DNA of 64,000 nucleotides from Camelus dromedarius (lineage: Eukaryota): contig NC_087438.1 in the NCBI RefSeq assembly GCF_036321535.1, forward strand, positions 7,628,001 through 7,692,000, given 5' to 3'. The notes under the pieces were generated by a model that saw only the letters and a program-made list of their open reading frames with translations, was not told the origin of the DNA and searched no databases. Positions 1 through 13,401 of this stretch are shown here, piece after piece. Both the position numbers and the translations under genes were made by a program. Each line of letters opens with the position of its first letter. Position 1 is the first letter of the stretch.

Positions 1-40
1 CTGAGGAGTCCCAGAGCGAGAACCTTGCTGATAATCTGTA

Positions 41-425
41 TCTGTCAGGAGAGGCTTAGTTAGCTGCTGTGACAAACATCCCCCCCACCACCACCAGAAT
101 AGTGAAATCACAAAGGCTGATTCCTCACTCATGCTCCATGTCCATTGTGGGTTTATAGGGAGGTTCGGCTCAACATAGTCATTCAGGGACCTGCAACATA
201 GTGTTGCTGCTCTGGAAAATTTCCATTTACTGTGAGTGAGAGAAAAAAGCACTCAGGAGGATCTTGAACTGGCAGTCACATGCTCCTGCCCAGACGTGAC
301 ACTTGTCACTTCTGTTCAGAACCTATTGATCAGAGGCAGTCACCTGGCCTACTCACGTGCTTGTGGGAACCAGGAACCACACCCTACTGTGTTCCCAGAA
401 GCACCAATGACCAGTTATGACCACG
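41..425. mobile_element. Old MaLR LTR (MLT1K/L-like)
   Basis: Starts 'gtcaggagaggcttagttagctgctgtgacaaacatcccc...ttcctcactcatgctccatgtccattgtggg', which resembles the MLT1K/L terminus. Confidence 0.6.
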
Positions 426-660
426 CCAGAGCCCCTATTCAGGTAGGGAGTAGGGTGAGGCAGTGAGATGGAGTCATCAAAATTATAATATTTTATTCAT
501 CATGAATTATTTTTTCACATTTGTTTTTATTTTTGAAAAGATTGCATTAAGAAATTAGTTATCTTGATGACTGAGTTTTTTTGGAGCACTCCATGAAATT
601 TTATAGCAAGTCTCATCCTTGATATAAATAGAGGATAAAACATATCAGAATTTTATTTCC

Positions 661-1176
661 TTTTTTTTTTTTCTTTATCCAGTCACCTATTCATTGACAT
701 TTAGGCTGTGGTATATTTATACAATGGAATGCTATTCAGCCATAAAAACTGACAACATAACGCCATTTGCAGCAACATGGATGCTCCTGGAGAATGTCAT
801 TCTAAGTGAAGTAAGCCAGAAAGAGAAAGAAAAATACCATATGAGATCGCTCATATGTGGAATCTAAACAAAAAACCAAGCATAAATACAAAACAGTTTA
901 ACAGACTCATAGACATAAAATACAAACTTGTGGTTGCCAAGGGGGCAGGGACAGACTGGAATTTCAAAAGGTAGAATAGAGAAACAAGATTATACTGTAT
1001 AGCACAGGGAAATACATGCAAGATCTTACAGTAGAAAAAAAAATGTGACAATGAATATACATCTGTTCATGTACAACTGAAAAATTGTGCTCTGCAGTGG
1101 AATTTGACACAACATTGTAAACTGACTATAACTCAATAAAAAAAAGTTAAAAAATAAAATAAAGTAAAATAAAATA
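661..1176 (+). mobile_element. Young L1 3' end with a short 5' inversion
   Basis: L1 ORF2 C-terminus and 3'UTR at 706-1140, followed by an A-rich tail. Inverted L1 piece at 671-705. TSD agaatttt(a/g)tttcc at 647-660 and 1177-1190. Confidence 0.92.
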
Positions 1177-4100
1177 AGAATTTTGTTTCCACATTAAAGC
1201 CCTAGAGAAAAGCAAGATTTGTCCCTAAATTAAAATGTTTGCAATATTTAGAGGTAAGGGTATAGTTAACATCTACATAAATATTGGCAGAGAAAGAAAA
1301 CAGCGAGAAACACACTCTTAGGCTGCAGAGAAAACGCAAAGGTCAGTTGGAGACGGAGGTACCCAAGGTCCAGGCTCTTTGTCCTCACCGTGTAGAAAAT
1401 CGTTTTCTGTTCGGCTTCCCCAGTGGCCTTCCAAGTACATTATGAAGACAGTTAAATCCCGCATCCCAGGACCTCAAGGTTTTCAGTGACTGGGCTAAGG
1501 TTAATCATTGTGAATTGAATGAAACAGCTTATTCAGGTAAAATCGATTGAAATCTTAATGAGCGAAAATGGAAATTTTGGCCACCAGTCTTCACTTTCTT
1601 TCCTGAGGAACGCTGTTGTGTAAGATTTTTTTGAAATACTACAGGAAGCCCGTGGAAGTTTCTATAAGACGTTAAAGAAGCTGATTTTGGTAAAGTCCCA
1701 GGAAGGATATTTTCCATTTATGGAGCTGTGAACATATAGCAATTTTACTTACTTTGATACTTCTTGTGATTTTTCTTTTAACCGATGTCTTCTAAATTTT
1801 GTGTCTACGTGGATTTCACATGGATGTGAATCTATAAAATTGACCCGGATTCTCTCTCAGCAGTAGAATTGATCTCCTTTTCCCTCTGTGCCTTGTAAAA
1901 TACATCTGTGAACTTTCTGATGAAATTGAAAAGAGAACTTCTTCAAAGACCTGAACTATTTGCTAAATGTGTTTCCACTTTGAACATCAGTAGAATGAAC
2001 ACCTAAATGTGGGGTGAAAATAAGAGCATCTTCTTGACCGTGACTTTGCTTTAATCTTCAGTATTTCACATTCTGTAGGAAACCCCTTCATTCCTGAAGC
2101 ATCCCCACAATGGATACGATCGCTCCGTAATCATCTATGAAAATAAGAAAAGCCCAGGTTTTTGAGAAGCTCTCTTTACAAGATTCTTGATGCTTAATGT
2201 GTTATTCTCTGAAGAACGGTCTTTGTTATCTGAAATCAAGTTTTCTTAGGCACTCATTCCTAGGGTTCTTTTCTGCATCTCCAGAAGATTGCCTTGACAA
2301 ACAATTTTTTCTACAGCTAGAAGTCACTTAGCGCTACATTAGTGAGTCACAGCTAGTTGGCTGCCTCTTCCCCATTGCCCCCCTGGCGATAATTAGGGTC
2401 ACAGACAGGTTCATTAATATCTGTTCCCTAGGATCAGACCTACTACCAGGGATCCCTGAGGGCTTATGGAGAAAAAGTCTTTAAAATTGTAATGATGAGT
2501 CTTACTCTAGAAGGATATTCCTTCCAGGTAAAGGAAGAGCACAAAAGAATAGGTTCCCGACTTGGGTTACCAGTTATCAGGGAATGTGTCACTGACACCT
2601 GGACAGGGTTTTGAAGGATGAGCAGGAGTTCTTTAGGAGGGAGGACCCTCTTCCTGCTCTGTGAGCCCATGATCAGAGACTTGGCATTCCACAGCTAAGG
2701 TTAACCTGTGACCTTCAGATGATGGCCCCGGGGCCCTGTTTTCCCTTGCTCTTAAACAGAGATAGAAGTGTTTGGATGTTTATGTCGCCCCCGCTTCCCA
2801 CAAGGATGGCTCCTAGTACAAAAGCCAGCTTCCTCTGCTAATCGGTGGACAAGCCCTAAGGGACAATGTGCGCTTCAGAGCCCCTCTTGGAGTCAGATGG
2901 AGTCTGGGACGCTACCTGAAATTGCATCTTTGCTTGGCTTCTGCAGCTCCCTGACTCCACCCACCCAATGATGGGCGTCTGTGGCAACACACCTCCACAG
3001 ACCCCTTGTGCCTGAATCCTGGGAGAAGCACGCCTCAGGTGGTGTCCGTCAGCTGCTGCTTCAGAGATCATAAATATTAGATCAGATGAATTTGTACTGC
3101 ACGTGAAAATAATTCCTGAAGCGCAGTGTTTGTGTTAGTGATTTCATTATATTCTCACTTTTAAAAAAAAAATTCTCACCTTCTAGTTGTCTTCCAAAGC
3201 TGGCCTTGAGAAACCATTGTTAGCATTGCCTTCTCCTCCTGCTGGCTCAACAGTCCCCTTAATAACTTTCCACGTGGCGGGAGCAAGGGCGCAAACATGA
3301 ATAGATTACTCAGATCTACACGACAGACCCTCCCTTTTCTGTCTTGGATTCACAGCTTTCACTTGGCCCGTTGGGGTTTCTCTAGGGCTTGTATCTCATC
3401 ATTTTGCTCACTATTGCAGGGTTATTCATTTCATAAACCCACCTCCTAAACCCAATAAAACACAATTTCTTCAAAGCAGCCTTTTGTTCTCATTCTGTGA
3501 ATATGGAAAAAAAAAAAAAGGTGGAAAATCATGAACTTCTCATCTCAGAGACTTATTTCATCTTTTTGGCTCTGGCCCTCAGAGATCGGGGGCTGAGTCA
3601 GACAGAGGCTCTCTGCTCTTTCTGGAGTCTTCCACCAATTACGTTAACATCCAGGCTGCTATCGCGTGTGGCTGGAGGCCGGCCACGGGCTTGATTTACT
3701 GCTCTCCTTCGCTGAAGCCCATTTGCCCCGGGCTCAATAAGCCATAAAAAATAGCTCCTCAGTCAGCCTGACAGCCCCTGCTCTTGAGGCGTAAAGTCAA
3801 TGGGAAAACCCGCAACAGGATGGTCCATTCGCGTTTGACTCTGTTTATCTGGAGGAATAATCATCAGAATTAGTGACCCATTTTAGGGGAAGGTAGGTAG
3901 AAACTCAAGGAATTGATAGAATTTCCCTGGGCTTAACACAACAAATCCCCTAAACTTCCCCCCCTCCCTCCCTTCCTTCTTTCCTTCCTTCCTATCTTGA
4001 AACTGACTGTAGCTTCATAACTGGTGGGGAGTTTGGTGTGACTTCAGAAGTGAACTTACAAAAATTTAAAAAATAAATTGGCAGCACGACTCTGTCTTTC

Positions 4101-4934
4101 ACAAAAGCTATTCTGTGCCACCGCCTACCTCCCGGGAGGCGGGAGTGCTGAAGGCTCGCTTTTTCCGGAGAGGAAGGTGCTAGTCTTTCAACTGCAAACC
4201 ACCTGACTTTGGGCAAATTGAATCCCGTGCATCTCAGCTGTCTCGGACGCAGATAGGCGCCTAGTGTGAGTCCCACGCTGGGTGGTGGAAAGGAAAGAGA
4301 TGAGGTTCCAGCGTGGAAACTAGCACATCCCGACTGCTGGATAAATGACTGTCGTGATTGCCACTATTAGACACACTTGCATACACAAAGCAGCTAGGGC
4401 TGGGAAAAGGAAAGAAGAAGGAAATCTTTGGGGGAAAATGGGATTTTTTAAAAAATGTAGTCTTGGAAGAGGCACTGACATGATTTCTTTGAGACTGTGG
4501 TTGGAGAGACCTGTGTGTGTGGATGTGGGTGGGTGGGAGGGGTGGGGGTGACCAGCAAGAGTGAGATCAGAGGGTCATGATTGTTCTGATGGCCTGTACC
4601 ACCTCCAGGTGTCATGCGTCAACAGTTCAGGGGTGTTGGGGCAACCCCCCCCTCGGGTACATGGACTTCCCCCTAGCGATATGCCCAGCTGAATTGGACC
4701 AGGGGGTGGGAGCCAACATTAACAGCAGCTGTTTCATCTCAAACACAGCTTCCTCCGCAATTCTGTTCCTCCTCCTCTTCCTTCTCCCTTCCTTTTTGTA
4801 TAACCCCCTAGTTTAGGGAACTGTTCTATTGTAGAAAGTAGAGTCAGCAAGTGCTCATTGGAGCATATTAAGCAGGCAGTCTTCCTGAGGCCAAGGATAC
4901 AAGTTTGTTGTTGTTTGTTTTCTTCCTTTCCTTC

Positions 4935-4935
<1 letters not shown>

Positions 4936-4991
<56 letters not shown>
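4936..4991. repeat. (TCTA)n microsatellite
   Basis: About 14 perfect tetranucleotide units. Confidence 0.97.
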
Positions 4992-6314
4992 GTTCTGTCC
5001 TGTCTGCAGTCAGAGACTGGTACTTGAAAATGCAGATTATGTGATGCGGTCCTGTCTGAGGATTTAGGGTGAGTCTTGTTTGTTTGTTCTTGGTCTTGTT
5101 TTTGTTTTATTTATTTATTTTTTTGTGAGTCTTGATGTCTTGAGCTGGAGGCAAGAACAAAGACCTGAGAAGATGAAAGGATACCAGAGAAGGAGCTTTG
5201 TTCCCTGGCAGAAGCCACGTTAAAATGAAAACTTGTGCATAAGCATCGTTGACATGTGCATGTTCTGATCCTCGTGCTGAATGTAAGAAGTGAATTACTG
5301 GCAGAGTGAATTTCTTGGCAAATTTCTCCCTTCTCTCCTTCTCCACCTGGCACATACTTCTATACTTCCCTTTTATAAAAATCTGAGCCTTTCCAAAAGG
5401 GGATGTCATGGAAACTCACAGGTCCTCATTCTTTAGGGAGAAATTTTCAAATATTAAAAACTCAGGAGAGAGAGAGACATGACTTAAAAATTAATTACCA
5501 AGAAAATGGTAAAAATTCACCACTAGAAAGCTAGAAAGTCTGGCTTTTTAAGCCTCTTCCTTTCCTAGATTCAACTTTAAAAAAAGAGAGAAAAAAACAC
5601 GGTACTTGGAATCTACAAGCTAAATTGGGGGGGAAATCCTAGAGCATTTACATACCCCACTCGCTGCACTTGAGAACATATTTTGAATAAATGTAGGTAT
5701 TGCATCTCTGGATAAATTTGCATTAGGGTAAAAGATCATTTAGGATAACTGTCATCACTGGGCAATTATTAGCACTCCTCCAATTGATCTATTCTATTTT
5801 AGAAATGCACACTTGCTTAATTCACACATATGTGAAAATTTTGCCACTTATTTCTCATTAAGTCATAGTGGAAAGGTAATAAACCGAGGAGATCTCAGTG
5901 CGAGCCCAGAGGTGATTTTAGTTGATATTAAAAAACAGCCTCATTAAGACCCGCATTTACTAACAATCGACTGCATCACAGATGTTGGTGGAGGTCTGAT
6001 CTGGTGTTACAGCCAGGGTGTGTGTGTTGATTTATGAGCCTGTGTTGGATTGTCTCCTGAGCAGAGAAATTGTATTCAGCTGAAAAATTCAATCTCAAAA
6101 TTCCAAAACTTCCTACCCAGAGTCCAGTAAATGTCAGTGGTGGAGGTAATGGGCCATACAAATAAAATCCCCATGGTGGAAACGTGGGCAAGCCTGGTCC
6201 GTGATTTTAGTTTACATTAGATGCTCGGGTTCTCCACATGGCAAGGCTCTGTCTGCGATATAGTCGTGTCTTAGCCAAGAGTGGACTTTTTCTTTCCCAT
6301 GTTTGGAAATCTTA

Positions 6315-7018
6315 TGTATTAATTTCCTATAAATGTTGTTAGTCCCACAAATGTGGTAGCTTAAAGTGATGCAAATGTATTCTCTTATTTTTAAATTTAT
6401 TTTTATTAATTGTTTAATTTTTTATTGACATCTAGCCAGCTTACAATGTTGTGTCAATTTCTGGTGTACAGTATAATGTTTTATTCATTTGTATATATGT
6501 ATATATATAATATATATATATATATATTTCATAATGGGTTACTCCAAGATATTGAATATAGTTCCCTGTGCTCTACAAAAGAAACTTGTTGTTCATCTAT
6601 TTTATATATAGCAGTGTGTATTCTCTGTTGGGTCTAGAGGCCAGACGTCTGAAATGGGTTTCAGAGGGCTGCAATCGAGGTGTTGGCAGGACTGCACTCC
6701 ACCTGGGAGTTCCCGGGGGAAGAGTCTGCTTCTTTGCCTTTTTCAGCTTCTAGTGGCCACTTACAGTTCCTCTGCTTGTGGCCTCAGGGCTCCTTCCTTT
6801 ATCTTCCAGGTGCATCACCAATCCTGCTTCTGCCCAATCTCCCTCTGCTTTTCTCTTTTAAGGAAACGTGTGATTACCTTTAGAGCACACTCAGCTAGTC
6901 CAGATCATACCCCCATCTCATGATCCTTAATTTAGTCACTTCTACTCCTGAAGGTACATCCACAAGGGCCAGGATTAGAAGCTGCCTATCTTTGAGGGCC
7001 ATTTTTCCGCCCACCACA
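6315..7018 (-). mobile_element. MLT1-type MaLR LTR, interrupted by an L1 tail
   Basis: 'tgtattaatttcctat...ggtagcttaaa' at one end and 'ggattagaagctgcctatctttgagggccatt' at the other, both typical of MLT1. Confidence 0.75.
6386..6616 (-). mobile_element. Young L1 3'UTR fragment
   Basis: T-rich tail, then 'ttacaatgttgtgtcaatttctggtgtacag...gatattgaatatagttccctgtgct'. TSD tgtattctct at 6376-6385 and 6617-6626. Confidence 0.9.
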
Positions 7019-7589
7019 TCTTCTGATGCAAATTATTAAATTTGATGGGAATCACCACTGTATCCTTTTTTTTTTTTTAAAAAAAAGTAATTATAGAACA
7101 TTTTACATCTTATTTAATTAAATCTTTTAAACTAAGAAAATAATATGCTCGTGTTAAAGAAATTCAAGCAGTGCAAAGTGTGTGCAGTGAAATATGAGTT
7201 GGCCTTCCACCCCTGGCGAGGGTGGCCTCGGTAGCCAGGTGTCACCTTACTCCAGCCCCAGGCCCTTCCCCAGAGTTAACCATTTACCTGTTTCCAGAAC
7301 GTTTCCACAAATGTACTACACACTTTTAACACATGGAAAATTCTATACATGTTGCTCTGTCCTTGAACTTTCCGATTCCTTTATCTTGGCCTTCTTTCCT
7401 CATTAACACACCCAATTTCATTTTATTTCTTTTAACTGTTGTGTGATATTCTGTTGAATGGAGGTAACATATTTATTTAAGCATTTCTTTTTTAAAAAAA
7501 TTAAACATTTAGATTATTTCCAGGATTCTCTCTGCCATCACAGTGTCACCTACAGTATTGTGTGCATATTTCTTTCCATATAGATCAGT

Positions 7590-9210
7590 GTTAGTTTTTC
7601 TTATTGCAGAATAGCATTCCATTGTATAAACGTATCACAATTAGCTTATTTTTTTTCTCTGGTTGATAGACGTTTGATTGTTTCCATTTTTTGGCTATTA
7701 TAGATAAAGCTGTGATAAAAATGCGAACATAAACCTTTGTGTGAACATATTTTCCTTTCTCTTTGGAGCACGCTAGGAGTACTGGAATTGTCGCGTCGTG
7801 GAGTTTGTGTGTGGCCAACTTCAGTAAATCCCGTTCATGGAAGAAATTTTCCCACAATAAGGTATGGGGAAGTCATTCCAGCTTCTACCTGATTTAACTT
7901 GAGCTTTAGGCTAAATAAAGCAACCTGTTTGTGGTCTATTGAATGTGCATTGTACATCTGCTTTAACCATTAAAGAAAAGAATGCATTTAAGACTCAAAA
8001 TGGAGTAACTGTGGTTCAGGCATTCAGAATGGAGCTGGGTGGCCACTGGGGACATGGTTTCAGACACATTCCTGTATTACTGAGAACTTGAATTTTCTGA
8101 ACTGCATCAGACTCAAGGACTCCACCCGCCGTTCTCAAAACACTGTCCGCTCCCAGCTGCCAGCTGCAACCTTATGGTCTCAAAGTCTCCCCTTGTAACT
8201 GCAAACACTTTGGACCCCAACAAATCCTTGCTTAACCAGCCTCCTCACTTCTTGCCAGCTCTAATCCTAACTCGTGACAAACAACTTATGTAACTGTGTG
8301 TTTTTTTGCCTGTATAAGCCTCCCCCATTTTTAAGTCTGGGGGGATGCAATTCAAGTGCTTACTGAAGCTGTGTGTCCTGAGCTGCAGTCCTCAGTTTGG
8401 CTCAGATAAAATTCTTCTCTGTTGCACTTATAGATTGTTCATTGACACCGTCAAACAGTTTCCAGAGGTGGCTGGAATGAGTTCACTCACCTCCCAGCGC
8501 TGTGTGGGAGTCCCGACCGTTCTACATTCTTGGCATCACACCCCTTCTGTGTTGGCCATTCTGGTGGGTATGTGATAGTATTTTCTACTTTCAGTTAGCA
8601 TTTCCCCATCACGAATGAGTTTTGAATGGCGCTTCATATGTTCATTGGCCATTTGGTGCTCCTCTTAATGAATGAGTTCGCCTGTTCACATCTTTTTCCT
8701 ATTGTTCTGTCGGTTCGCCTGTCTGGTGCTTACTGAGTTGCAGGAGTTCTTCACACAGTCTGGATACAACTTCTTTATCAGGTATATGCACTGGAAATAT
8801 TACCTCCCTCTCTGTGAGTTCTTATTCACTCTCTTAATGTTGACCTTCCACAGACAAAAGGTTTTCATTTTAATCTCTTCCAATTTCCCAAACTTTTCCT
8901 TGATGGTCAGTGTGTTTTTGTGTTACTTTATGAAATCTTTGCTACTCTGAGATCAGATGAGTAATCTCTTATGTGACTTTCTGGGTACACAACCACCTGA
9001 AATGGGTTTTTGTGTGTGTGTGTGTCTATGTAGAGTCTGAGGGCCTAAGATTCATTTTTTAAAAGTATGACTATTCAATTGACCTAGCACCAATTATAGA
9101 AAGGATCACCTTTTTCTTATGCCTCTGTACTTCACCTCTGTCATAAATCAAGTGAATGCACATGGGGAGGTCTGCTTCTGTACCTTCTATTCCATTTCAC
9201 TGTTTGTCAT
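7590..9210 (-). mobile_element. Old L1 (L1M-type) ORF2 3' region, split by an LTR
   Basis: ORF 7591-7857 gives 'YVHTKVYVRIFITALSIIAKKWKQ', matching the L1 ORF2 C-terminus. L1 sequence resumes after 8447. Confidence 0.85.
7832..8447 (+). mobile_element. ERV solo LTR nested in L1
   Basis: Interrupts contiguous L1 sequence. Has a TATA-like 'tataag', a polyA-like 'gataaaa' and a terminal 'tgaca'. Confidence 0.7.
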
Positions 9211-11044
9211 TTGATTTAGGGAAAATAAAGAATTGTGACTTTTTTTTGCATCTGAGTGCCTTGGAGCAAATGTGTGCCATTAGGGTAATTCTGTTGCGGT
9301 CAGAGTGTGTGTAAAGGGTATTCTGAGTGCTCTTCTTCCCTTCGGTAAGATCAAGGGTTTAAGTCAATCATAATTAGATCCCCTATCCTTTTTCTGGGTC
9401 TTAGGAGGAAGTAAGCCAGTAACAGCTTTGGGGTAGAAAGTCCCATGAGAGGTTCAGCTGGAGAGAAATTCAGGGGGGCCTGTTTCAGGAAGGATGAACT
9501 TCCTCCGGTGGGTGTTGGCCTGTTTCCACAGCATTCCTCTTCCTGCTGGGTCTCATCCTGTCTCTCTCCGGCTCAGGATAACCTTGATGTTTCTCCAAGT
9601 CTTCTTCAGACCCCATCTGCTCATTGCTGTCTGGGCTCCCGCCGGGCCCCCTCCCAGGATGGCCTCCCCACTGCTTTTGGTCTCTACAAAGCTTTTCCGC
9701 AGTCTGATGTCTTTCAGAAAGTCTCTCCTAATCCTATCAGCCCTTCCTGACCTTCCTCGCCTCTGAACCCTGCATCTGCTATTATTTCTGAATCACTTGT
9801 TTTGGCCTTTGTATCATGACTATTACGAAGGTTCTTGTCTCTCAAGCTGGAAGCCCAGCTCTGAGGGAAATCAAAGTCCCTTTCTGACCCAAAGCAGGTG
9901 CCCAATAGCTGTTGCGTCTGAGATGGAGGGAAGAAGGGGCCTGGAGGGCAGCTGGGAGGGACCTGCCCCGGGATGCTGAGAAGCAGGAGGGCCTGCTGCC
10001 TCTGGGGGACTCAGAATCCCCTGCCCCGCGTTGGATGCCTGGTGGTCCTAGTCCCCAACTGTCCTAAACCCTTGATTCATGTTTCCAAATATTTGAATCA
10101 GAAAAGATGCCAGCTCTCACACTGGGCAGAGCGGGTCACGGTCAAGGCATGGGGAAGGCCACGTCACTCCTTCTGAGTCAGAACTTTGTTTTGTTTTTTA
10201 GCTGAAAATGGAAGCATTGCTGACATTCTCCTTCCCAGCTGAGAGCAAGCCTGCAGCCAAGGAGGCTGTCAGACTCTGAGGGACGGGCCGACACCGTCTC
10301 CAGGCCGCTCACAGCCGCGTCATCCGCATAGACAAACGCGCACACCTGCTGGATGAGACGTCCCCTAAATGGATGTCACGCAGCGTCAGTGTGCTGGGCC
10401 TTCGGTGCACCGTCATGATGAACTGCGCGTGCCGGCGACATACTAGAAGAAGCTGTTGGGTGCCGGGAAAGAGGGACAAATATGGAAAGATGTTCTGGTT
10501 GTTTGGGGATTTTTGCTGCTTGCTGGTGACAGATGTTTTTGGAATATTGTCCCCAGGTCTTGACAGATGTTCTCCACTTAACTTCCCCGAGGCTTCTGGC
10601 AGAATGGCAGGAGCGATCTGTAGTCTGTTTTCCCTTCTTTAAAAACATTTCCTGAGACTTGGAAAGTTGAAAAAATAAATGTTGCCACCCCAGTCTCCTC
10701 TTATTTGGTGACTTCTAACAAGGGTGCAGTGCAAAAAAAAAAAAAAAAAAAAAAAAAACAAACCTGATCTGGCTTTGGGGATCCCTGGGATCATCTGTAG
10801 TCGGATGTCTGCTAAGCATGGGTCTTCTGTCTACTATAGGGGCATTTCAAGGAACCCATTAACCATTTTCTCCTCAATATCCCTTGGGTCCCAAGCAGAA
10901 GTGAGTGGAAGTAGAGTCATGTGGCAAAACGCATTTCTGATAACAAACCTTAGGGCTCAATTGTCTGAGCCTCCAGTTCTCCCCAGTGCTCTGTGCGTAG
11001 AGAGGTACTTCACCCCATGGGGACCCCAGGCTCTGCAGGGCTTC

Positions 11045-11555
11045 TTTTTTTATTGAAATATAGTTGATTTCCAATGTCTGTTAGTTGCTGGTGTATGGCA
11101 AAGTGATTCAGAGATATACTTTTTCATTGTAGGTTGTTATAAGCTATTGAATATAGTTCCCTGTGCTGTACAGTAGGACCTTGTTGCTTATCTATTTTAT
11201 ATATAGTAGTTTATATCTGTTAATCCCAAACTCCTAATTTATTCCATCCCACCTTCCCCTTTCATAACCATGAGTTTGTTTTCATGTTTGTGAGTCTGTT
11301 TCTGTTTTGTAAATAAGTTCATTTGTATCATTTTTTTTAGATTCCACATATCAGTGACATCATGTGATATTTGTCTTTCTTTGTCTGACTTGCTTCACTT
11401 AATATGACCATCTCTAGGTCCATCCATGTTGCTGCAAATGGCATTATTTCATTCTTTTTTATGGCCGAGTAGTATTCCATTGTATATATGTGTGTGTGTC
11501 TCTATATACATATGTATATCCCAGCTTCTTTATCCATCATCTGTCCCTGGACATG
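11045..11555 (-). mobile_element. Young L1 3' end
   Basis: 'tttttttattgaaatatagttgattt...aggtccatccatgttgctgcaaatggcattatttcattc'. Confidence 0.92.
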
Positions 11556-11589
11556 CTCAGGGTGGTCTACCAAGTGGTGGCATGAGTAT

Positions 11590-12420
11590 GTGACTAACAA
11601 AAGTAGGCCCTCAGAGGATGCTGCCTGTCCTTAAAAGCAGAAAAGGGGGTCTTTCAGACAAGGGAGAGGCTGATTGGAGTTGGGCCAAATTTGTGATGTC
11701 ACAGTTCCAGCATGGTGGACACAACAAGGCAAGAGGTCTGAAGCAGCCTGGGAGAGGAAATGAATGTTCTGTAAGCCCCACAGATGAACCACTGTTTCTC
11801 CGAGTAAAGGGTTCCTACCTTGGTGAGAGCCAGCTGAGAAGTCCATTGTTGGGATTTACGGACTTTCAGGAAGTTCCTGAAACAACAATAGGGTAACTCA
11901 CAAACTGATCTTCCTGGGCAAGAATTTCCTGGAAAAGTGAAGTCCTGCTGATGTGGAGTGTTGAATAGTAAAGTCGTATTAGTGGGAAGCTCTGGGCTGA
12001 AGAGGGTTCCAGTTCTCACACGCTTTTCTTACAATTCTATAATCTAGGGGGAGGGAGAGGGTATGTATCTTGTCCTTGGTTACTTAAGAAATATGGAGGA
12101 AGGGAGGAACGGCATTTCTCAGACGGGATAAGCCGAGGAAGATAGTGGGGACTTGGTATATGGGAGGATAGTGGATTTACGACTCCAGTGAGCTGGAGAC
12201 GTGGGCTGACACAAGCAAGGCAGTGGGATTTATGACCCTGATAAGGAGGAGACGGGCGCCGAGACAAGTCGGCCTGAGCTGTGGTGAGGCTGGTCCCTCC
12301 CCAGGGCTGCCAGCTGTGCTGAGGCAAACACGGCAGGAAAGGGAGTGCTTCCTCTTTTTTGAGGGCTTGCAGGTGGACGTCTGAGAGCCCAGGAACGGGG
12401 GTCCCAGGGCCTCGGCAGGC
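11590..12420 (-). mobile_element. Probable ERV LTR-derived sequence
   Basis: LTR-like composition and motifs only; family not identified. Confidence 0.35.
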
Positions 12421-12424
12421 ACCA

Positions 12425-12575
12425 GTTAGCACTGCGCTTTACAATCGTTTTCTCATTTTAATTTTCACAATAACCTTGTAAAATAGATATAATTCCCATT
12501 AATTGCTTGAGAAGACTGAGGCTCACTGAGATGCAAAGACAGTAAGTCACTTGCACAGCCAGGAAGTGATGGGGC
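12425..12575 (-). mobile_element. MIR SINE
   Basis: 'ctcattttaattttcacaataaccttgtaaaatagatat...agactgaggctc' MIR core. Confidence 0.75.
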
Positions 12576-12915
12576 CAGGACAGAATCCCAAGTCCGGTGG
12601 GGTCCAGCCCCACATTGGGCACCATGCAGCCCCTACCGAGGCATCACAGAGGCCACCCCATGGGCCAGGTCCTGCCCTGTGTCCCCAGCACTGCCTGCTG
12701 TACCACATCCCTTGGCCCTTCCTGGGGAACGTTGAGAGTCTGTTGGATGAGTGACTTGCTCTCTGGAGCCATTCATCCTGGTATGGCTCACACTGGGTTT
12801 CCCTGACTGGGGTTCTTTTCAAAATCCAGTTTTTAACAAGTCATGCTGCTTTAAAACCCTTCAGAGCTCCCCTCACCCCTGGGCCAAGTCCAGAGTCCTC
12901 AGCACGATTTAGAAT

Positions 12916-13401
12916 GGTGGAAAGCCAGACGGAGGATGTGGGAGTCTTTGAAGGGACCGACAGAGTGGCATAATGACTTTAAGCCGAAAATGTTTGGGTT
13001 GTAGCAAATGAAGAAAGAAACCTTATCTGAACTTCCCTTATGTATTAAATCAGAGCTTCCTAAGAATTCAGCTTGCATAAAGCCCCTTCTGAGGCAGTCT
13101 CCAGTTGTGTGGACGACTGGCCTTGGACACCGTGATAGCCTAGACAGTTATGTAAATGAGCCTCGTCAGGATCTTCCATCTTTTCCCACTGAAGCTGTGC
13201 CCTCCTCACCCCTGCTTGGCCCCCCATTAAGCTGGCATATAAACCCTTACCCCTGGCTGTCTGGGAAGCCACTCTTTACAGAAGGCTCCTGCACGCATGT
13301 GAAAGAATCTTTTCTTGTACTTATCTGTCTGTGGTCATTTAATTTACAGACCCCTGACCACTCGAACATCGGTTGATACGGGAAACGTTTTCCTCCCAAC
13401 A
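12916..13401 (+). mobile_element. ERV1-like solo LTR
   Basis: TG...CA ends ('tggtggaaag'...'ctcccaaca') and an internal 'tataaaccc' TATA box. Confidence 0.6.

Noticed and set aside
9325..9360. U2 snRNA-like 'ggtaagatcaagggt'
   Set aside because: The match is only about 10 nt and does not extend.
10270..10470. CpG-enriched patch as a CpG island or promoter
   Set aside because: Only about 200 bp, with no promoter architecture or adjacent exon.
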